Origin: a virus
Lineage: Duplodnaviria; Caudoviricetes
Virus record (IMG/VR): IMGVR_UViG_3300025066_000118
Location: 1 to 28,739 of that record
DNA: 28,739 bases
Strand: one strand, 5' to 3'
Below the pieces are notes generated by a model that did no database searches, was not told the origin of the DNA, and worked only from the letters and a program-made list of their open reading frames with translations. This document shows positions 16,540-25,846 of this stretch, one piece after another (the first letter of the stretch is position 1; the number at the start of each line of letters is the position of its first letter). Made by a program: the position numbers and the translations under genes.

Positions 16540-18462
16540 ATGGGCGAATTGGTTTATAAGGATGTAATACCCTCGCTAGGGGGAGATAGTTTTTTTTATG
16601 CGAGAATTATTGGTGTTAATCATGTGGGTGCCGAGTTGGGTGGAGTAAACCGTGATGTGGTTTATGAGCAATCATTACACAATCGGCAAGCACATAATGT
16701 ATATGCATGGGAAGAAGTTATACCTACTACCAAAGGTAATATAATAGAGTGGCAGCGAGGATCTCGAAGTTCCTATGGATACTACGACGACAGAACGGGT
16801 GCAACTTCGGGATCTATTGGATATGATATGACATCTATTGGGGATTCTATTATAGACACGGACGATGCATATCAATATTATAATAATAGTAGCAGGGAAG
16901 AACAAGAGAGTGAATCAAATTCTCATTTGATAGATAGGTCTTTATATCGGGAATTTGTACCAGATGGAATAGGTGATTATGATTATGATGTTTCGGGTGC
17001 GTCTGGTGGTGAATCTGGTGGTGTCGGATCCGGAGGTGAATCTGGTGATGTATATGCGGGAAACAGAACATTAAGTCCATTTGAAGGATCGCTGGCAATA
17101 AACATATCGGAGCATAACCGAACTTCTTACCCCGCATCTCCAGTAGGAACTATTGTGTTAATGCAGGATTATCCTGTCGGTGATTCCGGTGTTTACAGGT
17201 ATTATTTTAATTCAGCAGAAACAAGACCATACGTTCTTGCTAAGATTACTAGGGCGCATCCAATTGGATTGACGATGCCAAATGTTTCGGAAGACGAAGA
17301 TCCAGAATTTAGAATGTGGGCATACGAATGGTGTGAAGTTGATTGGAATTTCCTTCCAGATTTATCTTCTATGGTAGCAAGGCAACACATAGAGAATGAT
17401 GATCTAACACACTATACTGACGAGGTATCCTCGGATGGTAACGGCGGTAGCGTACCACTTACACCAGAGGAAATGGACAACGAAACCAGAGTAACGGGAA
17501 TGGACTATCCGATAAGAAATAGTCGGAATTATAGAGTTGATGGAAAGGTTATTAACGAAAATCCTAGAATTGAAGTGGGAGGATTTACTGCGAACGCAGA
17601 TATAGATCATTGGGTTCATAGTAGACTTGGTACGGGAGATGCTCCGTGGGGAGCAACGGGGGGTGACGTTTTTGATTTAGTATTAGAGAAAGGTTTGTTT
17701 AAAGATGTTATTGTAGATAAAGCAGTTAAATATGACAACTATATGAATGAAAAGTTTAAAAATGCAGGTGAGATGAACCGCTATAAACATCGCTTGAATT
17801 TTTTGCAAAACGAATTGACTATATTGAAAGGAAATGTTTTTATTCCTATTGGGAAGGAAGATGATGCTCCAATGTTAACTTATAACGTGACTGGAGCATC
17901 CGGAGCATCTGGAGACGATATGGAGTTTCCGGAGATTGATGTGGACGAAATAAAAGAATATTTAGATTACATTGATTTACCAAGATCAAATCCGCTTGCT
18001 ATCAATACGTGCGAAATATTTAATGTTTCTTCGGACAACGAATTTGTGGATGTGGGTATTCGTAGTGATGAGGGATATGTTCGCACGCTTCCGAGGTATG
18101 TTTCACCTGGTGTGGATATGTCAAAACTTCCTAGATTTATGAGAGTTCAGCCTATTAGACCGGGATCAATCGTAATAATGCACTTCCCATCAACCTCTCT
18201 GTATAGTGAATCTAATATCAGATATTCACCTATACATTCTCATTCGGGTGTACCTATCCCCCTACAAAACAGACCAGGCAGCACTCCGCCCATGTTTACA
18301 TGTCCCAATGCAATTGATACACTTGACGATCCATGTGCATATAAACAACTTCCATTCCCGTTTAAATTGGAACAGGTTAATGAGGAGTTTACTAGCACAA
18401 TTCAACCAGTACAGGGCGCACATATCGTATCTAACATCCCACCAAACCATGGAATCACATAA
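16540..18462 (+). CDS. Hypothetical acidic protein (640 aa) with an internally duplicated domain; possibly virion-associated
   Basis: Long ORF with two collinear motif sets (FYARI/VLAKI, YAWEEV/YEWCEV, LAINISE/LAINTCE, PVGTIVLM/RPGSIVIM) and Gly/Ser linkers. Confidence 0.75.
   Translation: MGELVYKDVIPSLGGDSFFYARIIGVNHVGAELGGVNRDVVYEQSLHNRQAHNVYAWEEVIPTTKGNIIEWQRGSRSSYGYYDDRTGATSGSIGYDMTSIGDSIIDTDDAYQYYNNSSREEQESESNSHLIDRSLYREFVPDGIGDYDYDVSGASGGESGGVGSGGESGDVYAGNRTLSPFEGSLAINISEHNRTSYPASPVGTIVLMQDYPVGDSGVYRYYFNSAETRPYVLAKITRAHPIGLTMPNVSEDEDPEFRMWAYEWCEVDWNFLPDLSSMVARQHIENDDLTHYTDEVSSDGNGGSVPLTPEEMDNETRVTGMDYPIRNSRNYRVDGKVINENPRIEVGGFTANADIDHWVHSRLGTGDAPWGATGGDVFDLVLEKGLFKDVIVDKAVKYDNYMNEKFKNAGEMNRYKHRLNFLQNELTILKGNVFIPIGKEDDAPMLTYNVTGASGASGDDMEFPEIDVDEIKEYLDYIDLPRSNPLAINTCEIFNVSSDNEFVDVGIRSDEGYVRTLPRYVSPGVDMSKLPRFMRVQPIRPGSIVIMHFPSTSLYSESNIRYSPIHSHSGVPIPLQNRPGSTPPMFTCPNAIDTLDDPCAYKQLPFPFKLEQVNEEFTSTIQPVQGAHIVSNIPPNHGIT
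17002..17049 (+). repeat. Gly/Ser linker repeat (GGTGAATCTGGTG x2; SGGESGGVGSGGESGD)
   Basis: Direct repeat within a low-complexity linker. Confidence 0.7.
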
Positions 18463-21400
18463 TGACCGGAATACAGACACACCAGTGGTGTTTTCTGCCA
18501 AATATACACGAAGCCCCTCCGCAAACGGAGGAGATAAATATTATATTTGTAGAGCAGGATGGTTATAAATCATATGGAAGTTGTTCGGGTTCTTTGAGTT
18601 ATGATCAAACGCCTCTCGCTTTTGTGGAAGGATCTAAGGGTGCGACCACACTACCGCCGAAAGATAAAGTAACTATTGGGGACATTGAGAGAATACCCCA
18701 CGTTGACGGTATTACTACAGACGCTGGATGGGAAATCACACCAGCGGGAAATATACCAAAGATAAATTACGCAAAGTCATATAAAATGGGATCTAGAGGC
18801 TATACAGCACCGATGTCAAAGCGTGCTGGTTTATATAATCCTTTAAATTATAGCAATTTATTTGATTGGATATTCTACAAATATCATGAGGATATGTTTT
18901 GTGGTTTACCCGATGGTAGAACATATGATAATCTAATACAAGACGAAGATGAAAAATATCCAAATATCTATCGGTTTGATAGGGGGTATCGTTCTTATGG
19001 AAACAATCGGGTTTATATTAAAGATGAATATAATAGTGATGAAATATTAAACAATGGTTGGTTTTTTGAGAAGGAAAATGCCAAACAACATAATCTTATA
19101 ATTCAGATGGACCCCAGGGTAATATGGAATACTCATAGAACATCGATGTCGTTAGGAAACAATCCAACGCATCAATACGCAGAATACCCACACAGAAAGA
19201 CTTATTATTCTGGTATGGGCGGGGTTGTTGGTGGTAGTGATGCACTGAGTCCTATAAATTTTGCTGCTGGAAATAGAAGTGATTATCAGAAAGAAGCGGG
19301 AACTAATTTTCTACCTTGCTGTTCTAGAACTGATGGGTCTATGAGTGCTACTTGTCCATACCCCGTTCATGCTAGAAATTTTAATTTTGAAGAACCTGTG
19401 GATAGATATCCAACACTTAATGATTATTTTCCAGGAAGGGCATCCTTTCACGGTAATTATGCTTCCAGTGGACCACTACAGGATGAAGGTCAATCTTGTG
19501 TTGGGCTAGGGAGTGCTAATTATCGTCAGCCTGTAGATAAATTCGATGATAAAATAGTATGTGGATCATACTCAGGTGGGGAATCAGGAGATTGTATAAC
19601 CGAAAAGGAAGCAATAGAGGGCATGTGGTCTTCTCGGAGTCTACAAGAAGCAACTAAATGGTATAATTCATTAAAACAAGATTCTACTCAATTTAATTCG
19701 ATAACAGAAGGAAAAATGTATAATTTTAATTTTGCTTACGGACGATCTGGTGTGTATGATTATTATGATGGTGATTGCTGTACAGACCTAGAATATTGTT
19801 GTGCGGGAGACGAAAGAGGACGGAGTTTATATGGGAAAACTCTACGTCCTATATTCATTGATGCACAAGACAACTATAAGGTAAAGTCTGATTACTATCA
19901 CAATACAATTTTTGATTTTGACGAAAATTTTCCAATAGAAGAATATGGTTATAGGTGTTATGGAGGAGAGAAATGCTCAAGGGAGTGGTGGGGATCATGT
20001 GGACCTGGATGGAGATTGTTCGAGAAGATATTTGGTTCCGGGGGAGATTTTTCTAATGGCGAGAAGCCACCAGAAGATATAATTAATTTGTTTGGAAGCA
20101 CCTTAGAGAAGTCCCCCATGACATATTACCAAGGTGGCCTTGATTTAGATATTTCATATTGGTATGCATATGGTGTTTATGGAACAACTGCTCAGGCATG
20201 GACGGATGGTAGAACCAAATGGAAAAAAGAATTTGACATTCACGAAAGACATCCAGCAGAAGCACAATACTTCGAAAACGTTGGTGTTCATACAGGAGGG
20301 ATTATCCCACCATATGAAGAATGGCAGGGGGGCGAGTTTCCATACATGCTTATACCTGGTTTCTATCATGGGATTGCGATTGGTGGTTGTTTTGTTATGG
20401 GTGATGCAGAATACACAGAATATGGAGATTTAATTTCAGGTGATCCCACAACATTAACTATGGGTTCTTGTTGTTGGAAATCAACCGATACTGAATCGGA
20501 ATTTTATGGGGAAAATTTTTGTTTTGACCCTTACTATCTTAGTGTGGGCACAGATGTGTCAGAAATATTCTCCAACATCATCACACCGCAAGGATTTGTA
20601 CGCTGGTATGGTGGTGCGAATACACCAGTGGTGCCTGCTAGCGTGTTTTATGCAAAATCAATATGTAGTTGTATTGGACGAAGGGAAAATGTAGAAGCAA
20701 TATGGCACGAAAATACAACATGTATGTTAAATGATGGCACAATAGATGATTCTTTTCCTAGTTATTATACGGATTACTTGGGACTGGCACGAGGTTCGTT
20801 AACGTCGGATTTGAGATATTATAAACCAATACCACCAAACTCTTTCTTACCTTTTGGTTCTTTCTGGGGATTGTACAATGCGTATGAATATTTCGGCGAT
20901 GAAAATTGGTTGGATAGTTTATATTCTCCATCTCCCTGTGGTGGGCAGTATAAAATTTGGCCCTGTAAGAAAAGAGGTCCAACTTGGTGGATGACCTATA
21001 TGATAAATCATTACCCTGCAATAATGGAATCTAGTGTTGGTAATGTTTGGTTTGGCATACCAGCAACTCAACATATTGTGGCAGATGGAGCAATGACTTG
21101 GCCTGATCCCAGACCATGGGAATTTTTTAGACAATTTGGTAAGTATGATCCATTTGAAGGAACTCAGAATATTCCTGGAGGGGGGGAATTTGGTCTCGGT
21201 GATATGGAAGCAGTTGGGGATGCTTTCCCACAACTAAATGATGATTATTTAGATTCTAGTGTTTGGTGCTTAAAGGTGCCAAACGGGTATGGATTAACGG
21301 ACGAAACGGAACCTGGTGTTACATACCCATATTGGATGGAGGTTGGCGGCGGCGATTTTGATTGGGGGGATTGTAATTGGCCTTGGAGCAGACACGATTA

Positions 21401-24400
21401 TGTTGCACACGACTACGTAGGAAATTGTGTTGGAGTTCCCGAAGATACGAAGTTTCCACCAACATCACCATCTGAACAAAAGCGTATGGTGGGCGACGAT
21501 TTTCCAGATACACGGGATGGAGTATTACAATATATGGACTCGTTATGTCCGGGATTTTATGATTATTATACCTCCAATCGTCCTTCGCCGTGGGATCCTC
21601 TTAAGGGACATTCAACTTCCCACAACCAATATCTACAATATGGTAGTTACATCAATGATAGTGCAACGGCTCCATCGTCGGCATGTCCAAACAATAGTTG
21701 TCATTCACGATTAATACAACCAACTCCACCTTCGGCTGGATTGGGAAATTATTCCCCGCACCCCGCATTAAGTGCAGGTCAGAAAGTGGATTCTATATCA
21801 ACTTTCCCTACAAACCCAAAGAAATTGATTAGATTCCGAACGTGGGCAAGGTGGAGAGAATGGATTCCGTGGACAAATTTTGCTCCGATTATAATAAACC
21901 ATCTTGAACGTTGGATTATGCCTGGGCGAATGAATAGCATCAAAAAAATAAATGTACATTTACCAAAAGGTATACATGCATTTGGCAATTTAAGCGACAC
22001 TTCGGGTGTTGATGTTAATGAAAATTTTCATGAAGAATATTTGCTTTCTGGGTGGGGCGATTTGTACTTTCCAAAAAATGTTACTGATTATTCTTTTCCT
22101 ATTCGCGGAAGAAATTATGGATGTAAAAAGTCATACGACGGATCTGACATTTATTCAGATGAAGTACCAGGAACAATTGATGTAGAGGACACTTATCAGA
22201 ATGTTCCAAATTTTCCATATGGATTTGATTTATCAGGAACAAGAAAAACGTTGATGGCTGCGGTCAAGAGATTGGCAAATCCTGAGATAGAAGTACAATG
22301 GATATTATATCCAGAAAAAAATGTAGGTCGGACTCATGCTTTAGGAAGCCTTCCAGTATCACATACCGGAACTGCACAGACCAACTCTGGAATATTTTTA
22401 GGAGAGTTGATATATCAAAAATGTGCATATGGGTACTATTACAATGAAGAGTGGAATGTGCATGTATATTACGATAATTTTGATCAATGTTTAGATTTTC
22501 TTGATCCATATAGGATCTGCACAGATTATGCAAACCTCTATCCAAACGGTTATATAGCATATAAAGAAGATATAACGGGGGATATCGCTGGAGTCCCGAA
22601 TTATTTACCGTGGAAGTACGGGACTAGCACCAGTTGGGTTAATCCACCAATGGATAGTTTCCCAAGGGTTCACTACCCAGAATGGACTGGACCAAAAACG
22701 TCTGGGGGCGACAGACCGTATTCTGTGCGATATTATGAAAATATAAGAAGTGTCTATACAGGAAGCACATCCGATGAGAAAGATTCGAGTTGGTATTATG
22801 GCAACAAAGGTAATCCGGGATTAACTGGGGAGTTGGCTGATTATATCAAAGACTGGGAAATATGGGAAAATGTACCATCAGACTTAACACCCAGATTGGT
22901 CACTCCATTAATGAATCATTTTTACTGGTTGTCTGTAGAATCACCACTCGGTGGGTTAAGCAGAACGGACCAAACCGAATCCCCGTGTAAATGGAGTGGG
23001 TATAGACCATCTCTACATAAACTTCAAGATCATTTGTATGACACATATCCCGATCTATTTTCAGATGAAATATACGATTTGGATCCGTGGTTACATCCGT
23101 TGAGAACATTTAATACGAAAAAATATCTCACTGGTTACTATGATGTTATAAATGAGGAAATTTCTTCTTCTGGTGGGTCGGTTAATATTAGAAGTATGCG
23201 GGCAACCGGACCACCCCCAAGAGAATATGATGCGCATGGTGAAATGGTTCCCAGAGATACAGACAACGGGTGGGGTCTATATGAAGATAGAGGATTTAAT
23301 GCACTTGATGATTTGACGTTTTCAAATTGGTCTGGAAATTGGAGTTCTTGGGAGGATCTTACATATAAAGATGTGATGAAATATTGGCTGAGAGGACTAA
23401 GTTATACCGACTATGCTGACGAAGGTCAAACATTAGAAGATGCGATGGATTTGTTGTTGTCAGAGGGTACAGATCCAGAAACAATTGTATGGCATAATTA
23501 TAATGATCCAAATGGTGGCGGCGATGGTGGATTACCACCCGAATGTTTAGAGGACGATTCAATTGATTGTGACACATGGGACTATGAAGACCCGGATGTA
23601 CAAGAAGAAATTCAAGAAGGTCTGGGTGTTTCTGGAGGCGAAGTTCAATATGAAACTTTGTACAGCAAATATCCAAATTTTTGGGACAATTTATGCTATG
23701 GTTGCGCTTCCTCTGGAGTAGGAATGAAGGAATTTGCAGAACAATCCGGTAATGCGTGGCTTGGTACAGAAACAGATTATGATCATCCATTTTTTGTGAA
23801 GTATTTAAATAAAGTTTTGTCTGGATTGTTTTGGTTTTTTAAGTTATATGATCCACACAGTAAATGGAGATATGATAACGGAGGATGTTTTGTTAGACCT
23901 ATTGGTAATCCATCCAATTGTGACACACCCAATGAGTCTTGTGAACCTTGGATGGCGTTTTTAACTGGTCAATCAGATTTCCCTGGATCGGAATCCAGAC
24001 AAATTGATGTGGAGTGGTGGTTGGGTGGTTGTCGTATGGCGAAACCCCCATACACAAAGAGTTATATTGAGGGTGGTCTGTTGTGTGTCCCTCAAAACTG
24101 GAACACAACCCTATCAATTTCAACATTGTGGTCGCCATTGTTTAGAGAAATTAATTTATACGAGTTTAGCATATCATATCCACATACTAAAATGAAGCCT
24201 CTTTCTGCTCCTCAATTTGCAACACCAGAAAATCTAATATCTTATGGTATTGCAGGGAGACAGGTATTACCTCCAAGTCTATATGCCGTAACCCAAAGAA
24301 GAAAGGGCGGTGATCACGTTCATGGTTTTAGTTATTATACTTCGTTTATGGACGGGTTTGATGATAGTTTAAATGTTAATGAATTGGATGGGACATACGA

Positions 24401-24932
24401 AGTTGCTAATATTGAAAGATTGAATGAGTTAAATGAAGAAGGCGAGTACGTTTTAAACTTAATTGATTCTTATGATTTCTCAGTCGAAGAAGATATCGAT
24501 AAATGTGGTCCTCCAGATGCACCATATCCATGTACGGCGAGATTTATATATCCGAATACCGACATTACTATGATTGACAAGCACGGCTTTAAATTAGAAG
24601 AAGGTGATGAGGATTATCTGGAAGAATATAAACCTCTTAGGAGCAGCACCAAATTTGGTGTGGGTAAACCAATAGAAATTGCCAAAGACAGGCATAAACT
24701 AGAGGGGATGGGAATTCATAATTCACATGGTTATGGAAACACATTTGACTTCCGTTTTGGTTTCCCGATAGACCCGATTGATTGCGAGGAAGAAGGAAAG
24801 AAATGTTATGGCCCGAGAGATGCTTTTGATGGTGAAATTGAAGATTATGGCTTTACAGATTACATAAGAATGGTACACTATACGGGTAAAGAATTACCGA
24901 AACAACTTAGAGACTTTACAGAAGGAGAATAA
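18462..24932 (+). CDS. Giant hypothetical protein (2156 aa), rich in Cys, Trp, Tyr, Gly, Asp and Pro
   Basis: Uninterrupted 6.5-kb ORF coupled to the upstream gene by TAATG. About 49 Cys by hand count, including four CC doublets. No signal peptide or recognised family. Confidence 0.8.
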   Translation: MTGIQTHQWCFLPNIHEAPPQTEEINIIFVEQDGYKSYGSCSGSLSYDQTPLAFVEGSKGATTLPPKDKVTIGDIERIPHVDGITTDAGWEITPAGNIPKINYAKSYKMGSRGYTAPMSKRAGLYNPLNYSNLFDWIFYKYHEDMFCGLPDGRTYDNLIQDEDEKYPNIYRFDRGYRSYGNNRVYIKDEYNSDEILNNGWFFEKENAKQHNLIIQMDPRVIWNTHRTSMSLGNNPTHQYAEYPHRKTYYSGMGGVVGGSDALSPINFAAGNRSDYQKEAGTNFLPCCSRTDGSMSATCPYPVHARNFNFEEPVDRYPTLNDYFPGRASFHGNYASSGPLQDEGQSCVGLGSANYRQPVDKFDDKIVCGSYSGGESGDCITEKEAIEGMWSSRSLQEATKWYNSLKQDSTQFNSITEGKMYNFNFAYGRSGVYDYYDGDCCTDLEYCCAGDERGRSLYGKTLRPIFIDAQDNYKVKSDYYHNTIFDFDENFPIEEYGYRCYGGEKCSREWWGSCGPGWRLFEKIFGSGGDFSNGEKPPEDIINLFGSTLEKSPMTYYQGGLDLDISYWYAYGVYGTTAQAWTDGRTKWKKEFDIHERHPAEAQYFENVGVHTGGIIPPYEEWQGGEFPYMLIPGFYHGIAIGGCFVMGDAEYTEYGDLISGDPTTLTMGSCCWKSTDTESEFYGENFCFDPYYLSVGTDVSEIFSNIITPQGFVRWYGGANTPVVPASVFYAKSICSCIGRRENVEAIWHENTTCMLNDGTIDDSFPSYYTDYLGLARGSLTSDLRYYKPIPPNSFLPFGSFWGLYNAYEYFGDENWLDSLYSPSPCGGQYKIWPCKKRGPTWWMTYMINHYPAIMESSVGNVWFGIPATQHIVADGAMTWPDPRPWEFFRQFGKYDPFEGTQNIPGGGEFGLGDMEAVGDAFPQLNDDYLDSSVWCLKVPNGYGLTDETEPGVTYPYWMEVGGGDFDWGDCNWPWSRHDYVAHDYVGNCVGVPEDTKFPPTSPSEQKRMVGDDFPDTRDGVLQYMDSLCPGFYDYYTSNRPSPWDPLKGHSTSHNQYLQYGSYINDSATAPSSACPNNSCHSRLIQPTPPSAGLGNYSPHPALSAGQKVDSISTFPTNPKKLIRFRTWARWREWIPWTNFAPIIINHLERWIMPGRMNSIKKINVHLPKGIHAFGNLSDTSGVDVNENFHEEYLLSGWGDLYFPKNVTDYSFPIRGRNYGCKKSYDGSDIYSDEVPGTIDVEDTYQNVPNFPYGFDLSGTRKTLMAAVKRLANPEIEVQWILYPEKNVGRTHALGSLPVSHTGTAQTNSGIFLGELIYQKCAYGYYYNEEWNVHVYYDNFDQCLDFLDPYRICTDYANLYPNGYIAYKEDITGDIAGVPNYLPWKYGTSTSWVNPPMDSFPRVHYPEWTGPKTSGGDRPYSVRYYENIRSVYTGSTSDEKDSSWYYGNKGNPGLTGELADYIKDWEIWENVPSDLTPRLVTPLMNHFYWLSVESPLGGLSRTDQTESPCKWSGYRPSLHKLQDHLYDTYPDLFSDEIYDLDPWLHPLRTFNTKKYLTGYYDVINEEISSSGGSVNIRSMRATGPPPREYDAHGEMVPRDTDNGWGLYEDRGFNALDDLTFSNWSGNWSSWEDLTYKDVMKYWLRGLSYTDYADEGQTLEDAMDLLLSEGTDPETIVWHNYNDPNGGGDGGLPPECLEDDSIDCDTWDYEDPDVQEEIQEGLGVSGGEVQYETLYSKYPNFWDNLCYGCASSGVGMKEFAEQSGNAWLGTETDYDHPFFVKYLNKVLSGLFWFFKLYDPHSKWRYDNGGCFVRPIGNPSNCDTPNESCEPWMAFLTGQSDFPGSESRQIDVEWWLGGCRMAKPPYTKSYIEGGLLCVPQNWNTTLSISTLWSPLFREINLYEFSISYPHTKMKPLSAPQFATPENLISYGIAGRQVLPPSLYAVTQRRKGGDHVHGFSYYTSFMDGFDDSLNVNELDGTYEVANIERLNELNEEGEYVLNLIDSYDFSVEEDIDKCGPPDAPYPCTARFIYPNTDITMIDKHGFKLEEGDEDYLEEYKPLRSSTKFGVGKPIEIAKDRHKLEGMGIHNSHGYGNTFDFRFGFPIDPIDCEEEGKKCYGPRDAFDGEIEDYGFTDYIRMVHYTGKELPKQLRDFTEGE

Positions 24933-24941
24933 TAACAAGTA

Positions 24942-25127
24942 ATGTCTAAAGATAAAAACGCCAAAGAATGGCAAGAAGATGTAAGTGATATTAACCCAAT
25001 AAAGGGTGTAAAAAAGGAAAAGCGAAAATCGCATAGACATAAGTTCAAACAAAATATTAGAAATTTGAAATATGGAATGCATGGTGAGTATGATGAATTT
25101 CAAGATGAACATGAGGAGTGGAAATGA
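24942..25127 (+). CDS. Small highly charged hypothetical protein (61 aa)
   Basis: Fills the gap upstream of g45, and its stop overlaps the g45 start (ATGA). Basic centre and acidic tail. Confidence 0.6.
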   Translation: MSKDKNAKEWQEDVSDINPIKGVKKEKRKSHRHKFKQNIRNLKYGMHGEYDEFQDEHEEWK

Positions 25128-25846
25128 TGATGACTGATATTGGTATGAAGGTCTCCAAAGAGACGCTTGCAATTTTAAAGAACTTTTCGTCGATGAATTC
25201 AAATATTTTAATTCATGCGGGAAACACACTCCGTACAATTACTCCTGCCAAGAATATGTTGGCGGAAGCAAAGGTAAAGGAAACCTTTGATAATGAAATT
25301 GGAATATTTGATTTGTCCAAGTTTCTTGGAACTGTCTCTCTTTTCAACGATCCTACGTTTACCTTTGAGGACAAGTACGTTAAGATTTGCGATAAAAACA
25401 ACTCAGAGGTAAAGTATTACTACACTGAACCTTCTCTGCTGACTACCGCAGACAAACAACTTAATATGCCCGAACCAGTGGTAACGGTTGTCATTTCAGA
25501 AAAGCAGTTGGCGGAGATTCACAAATCTTCTTCGGTTCTTCAGTTGCCTAATGTTTCTATTGAATCTAGAGACGGCGAAATTCATGCAGTTGTATTCGAG
25601 AAACCTATGAATGATTATTTGGGTTCTGGATATGAGGCGAATTCTAATACATACACTGTGGTATTGGGTCCAAATAACAACACATGTGAATTTGAATATC
25701 ATTTCCAAATTGATAACTTTAGATTTTTGCCTGGTGGTTACAACGTCAGTTTGTGTGATCAGGTCATTGGTGAGTTTAAATATAATGGTAACATTGACTT
25801 AACGTATTGGGTTGCATTTGACACAACAAGTAGATATCATGGCTGA
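25124..25846 (+). CDS. g45: DNA polymerase sliding clamp gp45
   Basis: Motifs MKVSKETLAILKNFSSMNSNIL, GIFDLSKFL, LQLP, LPGGY-x-V, LTYWVA. GAGGAG SD at 25113-25118. The exact start among ATG 25124/25127/25130 is uncertain. Confidence 0.95.
   Translation: MMMTDIGMKVSKETLAILKNFSSMNSNILIHAGNTLRTITPAKNMLAEAKVKETFDNEIGIFDLSKFLGTVSLFNDPTFTFEDKYVKICDKNNSEVKYYYTEPSLLTTADKQLNMPEPVVTVVISEKQLAEIHKSSSVLQLPNVSIESRDGEIHAVVFEKPMNDYLGSGYEANSNTYTVVLGPNNNTCEFEYHFQIDNFRFLPGGYNVSLCDQVIGEFKYNGNIDLTYWVAFDTTSRYHG

Noticed and set aside
18462-24932. Giant ORF as a diversity-generating retroelement target, tape measure or RNA polymerase
   Set aside because: No reverse transcriptase or template/variable repeat pair seen, the composition is not helical or Ala-rich, and no polymerase catalytic motif was recognised.
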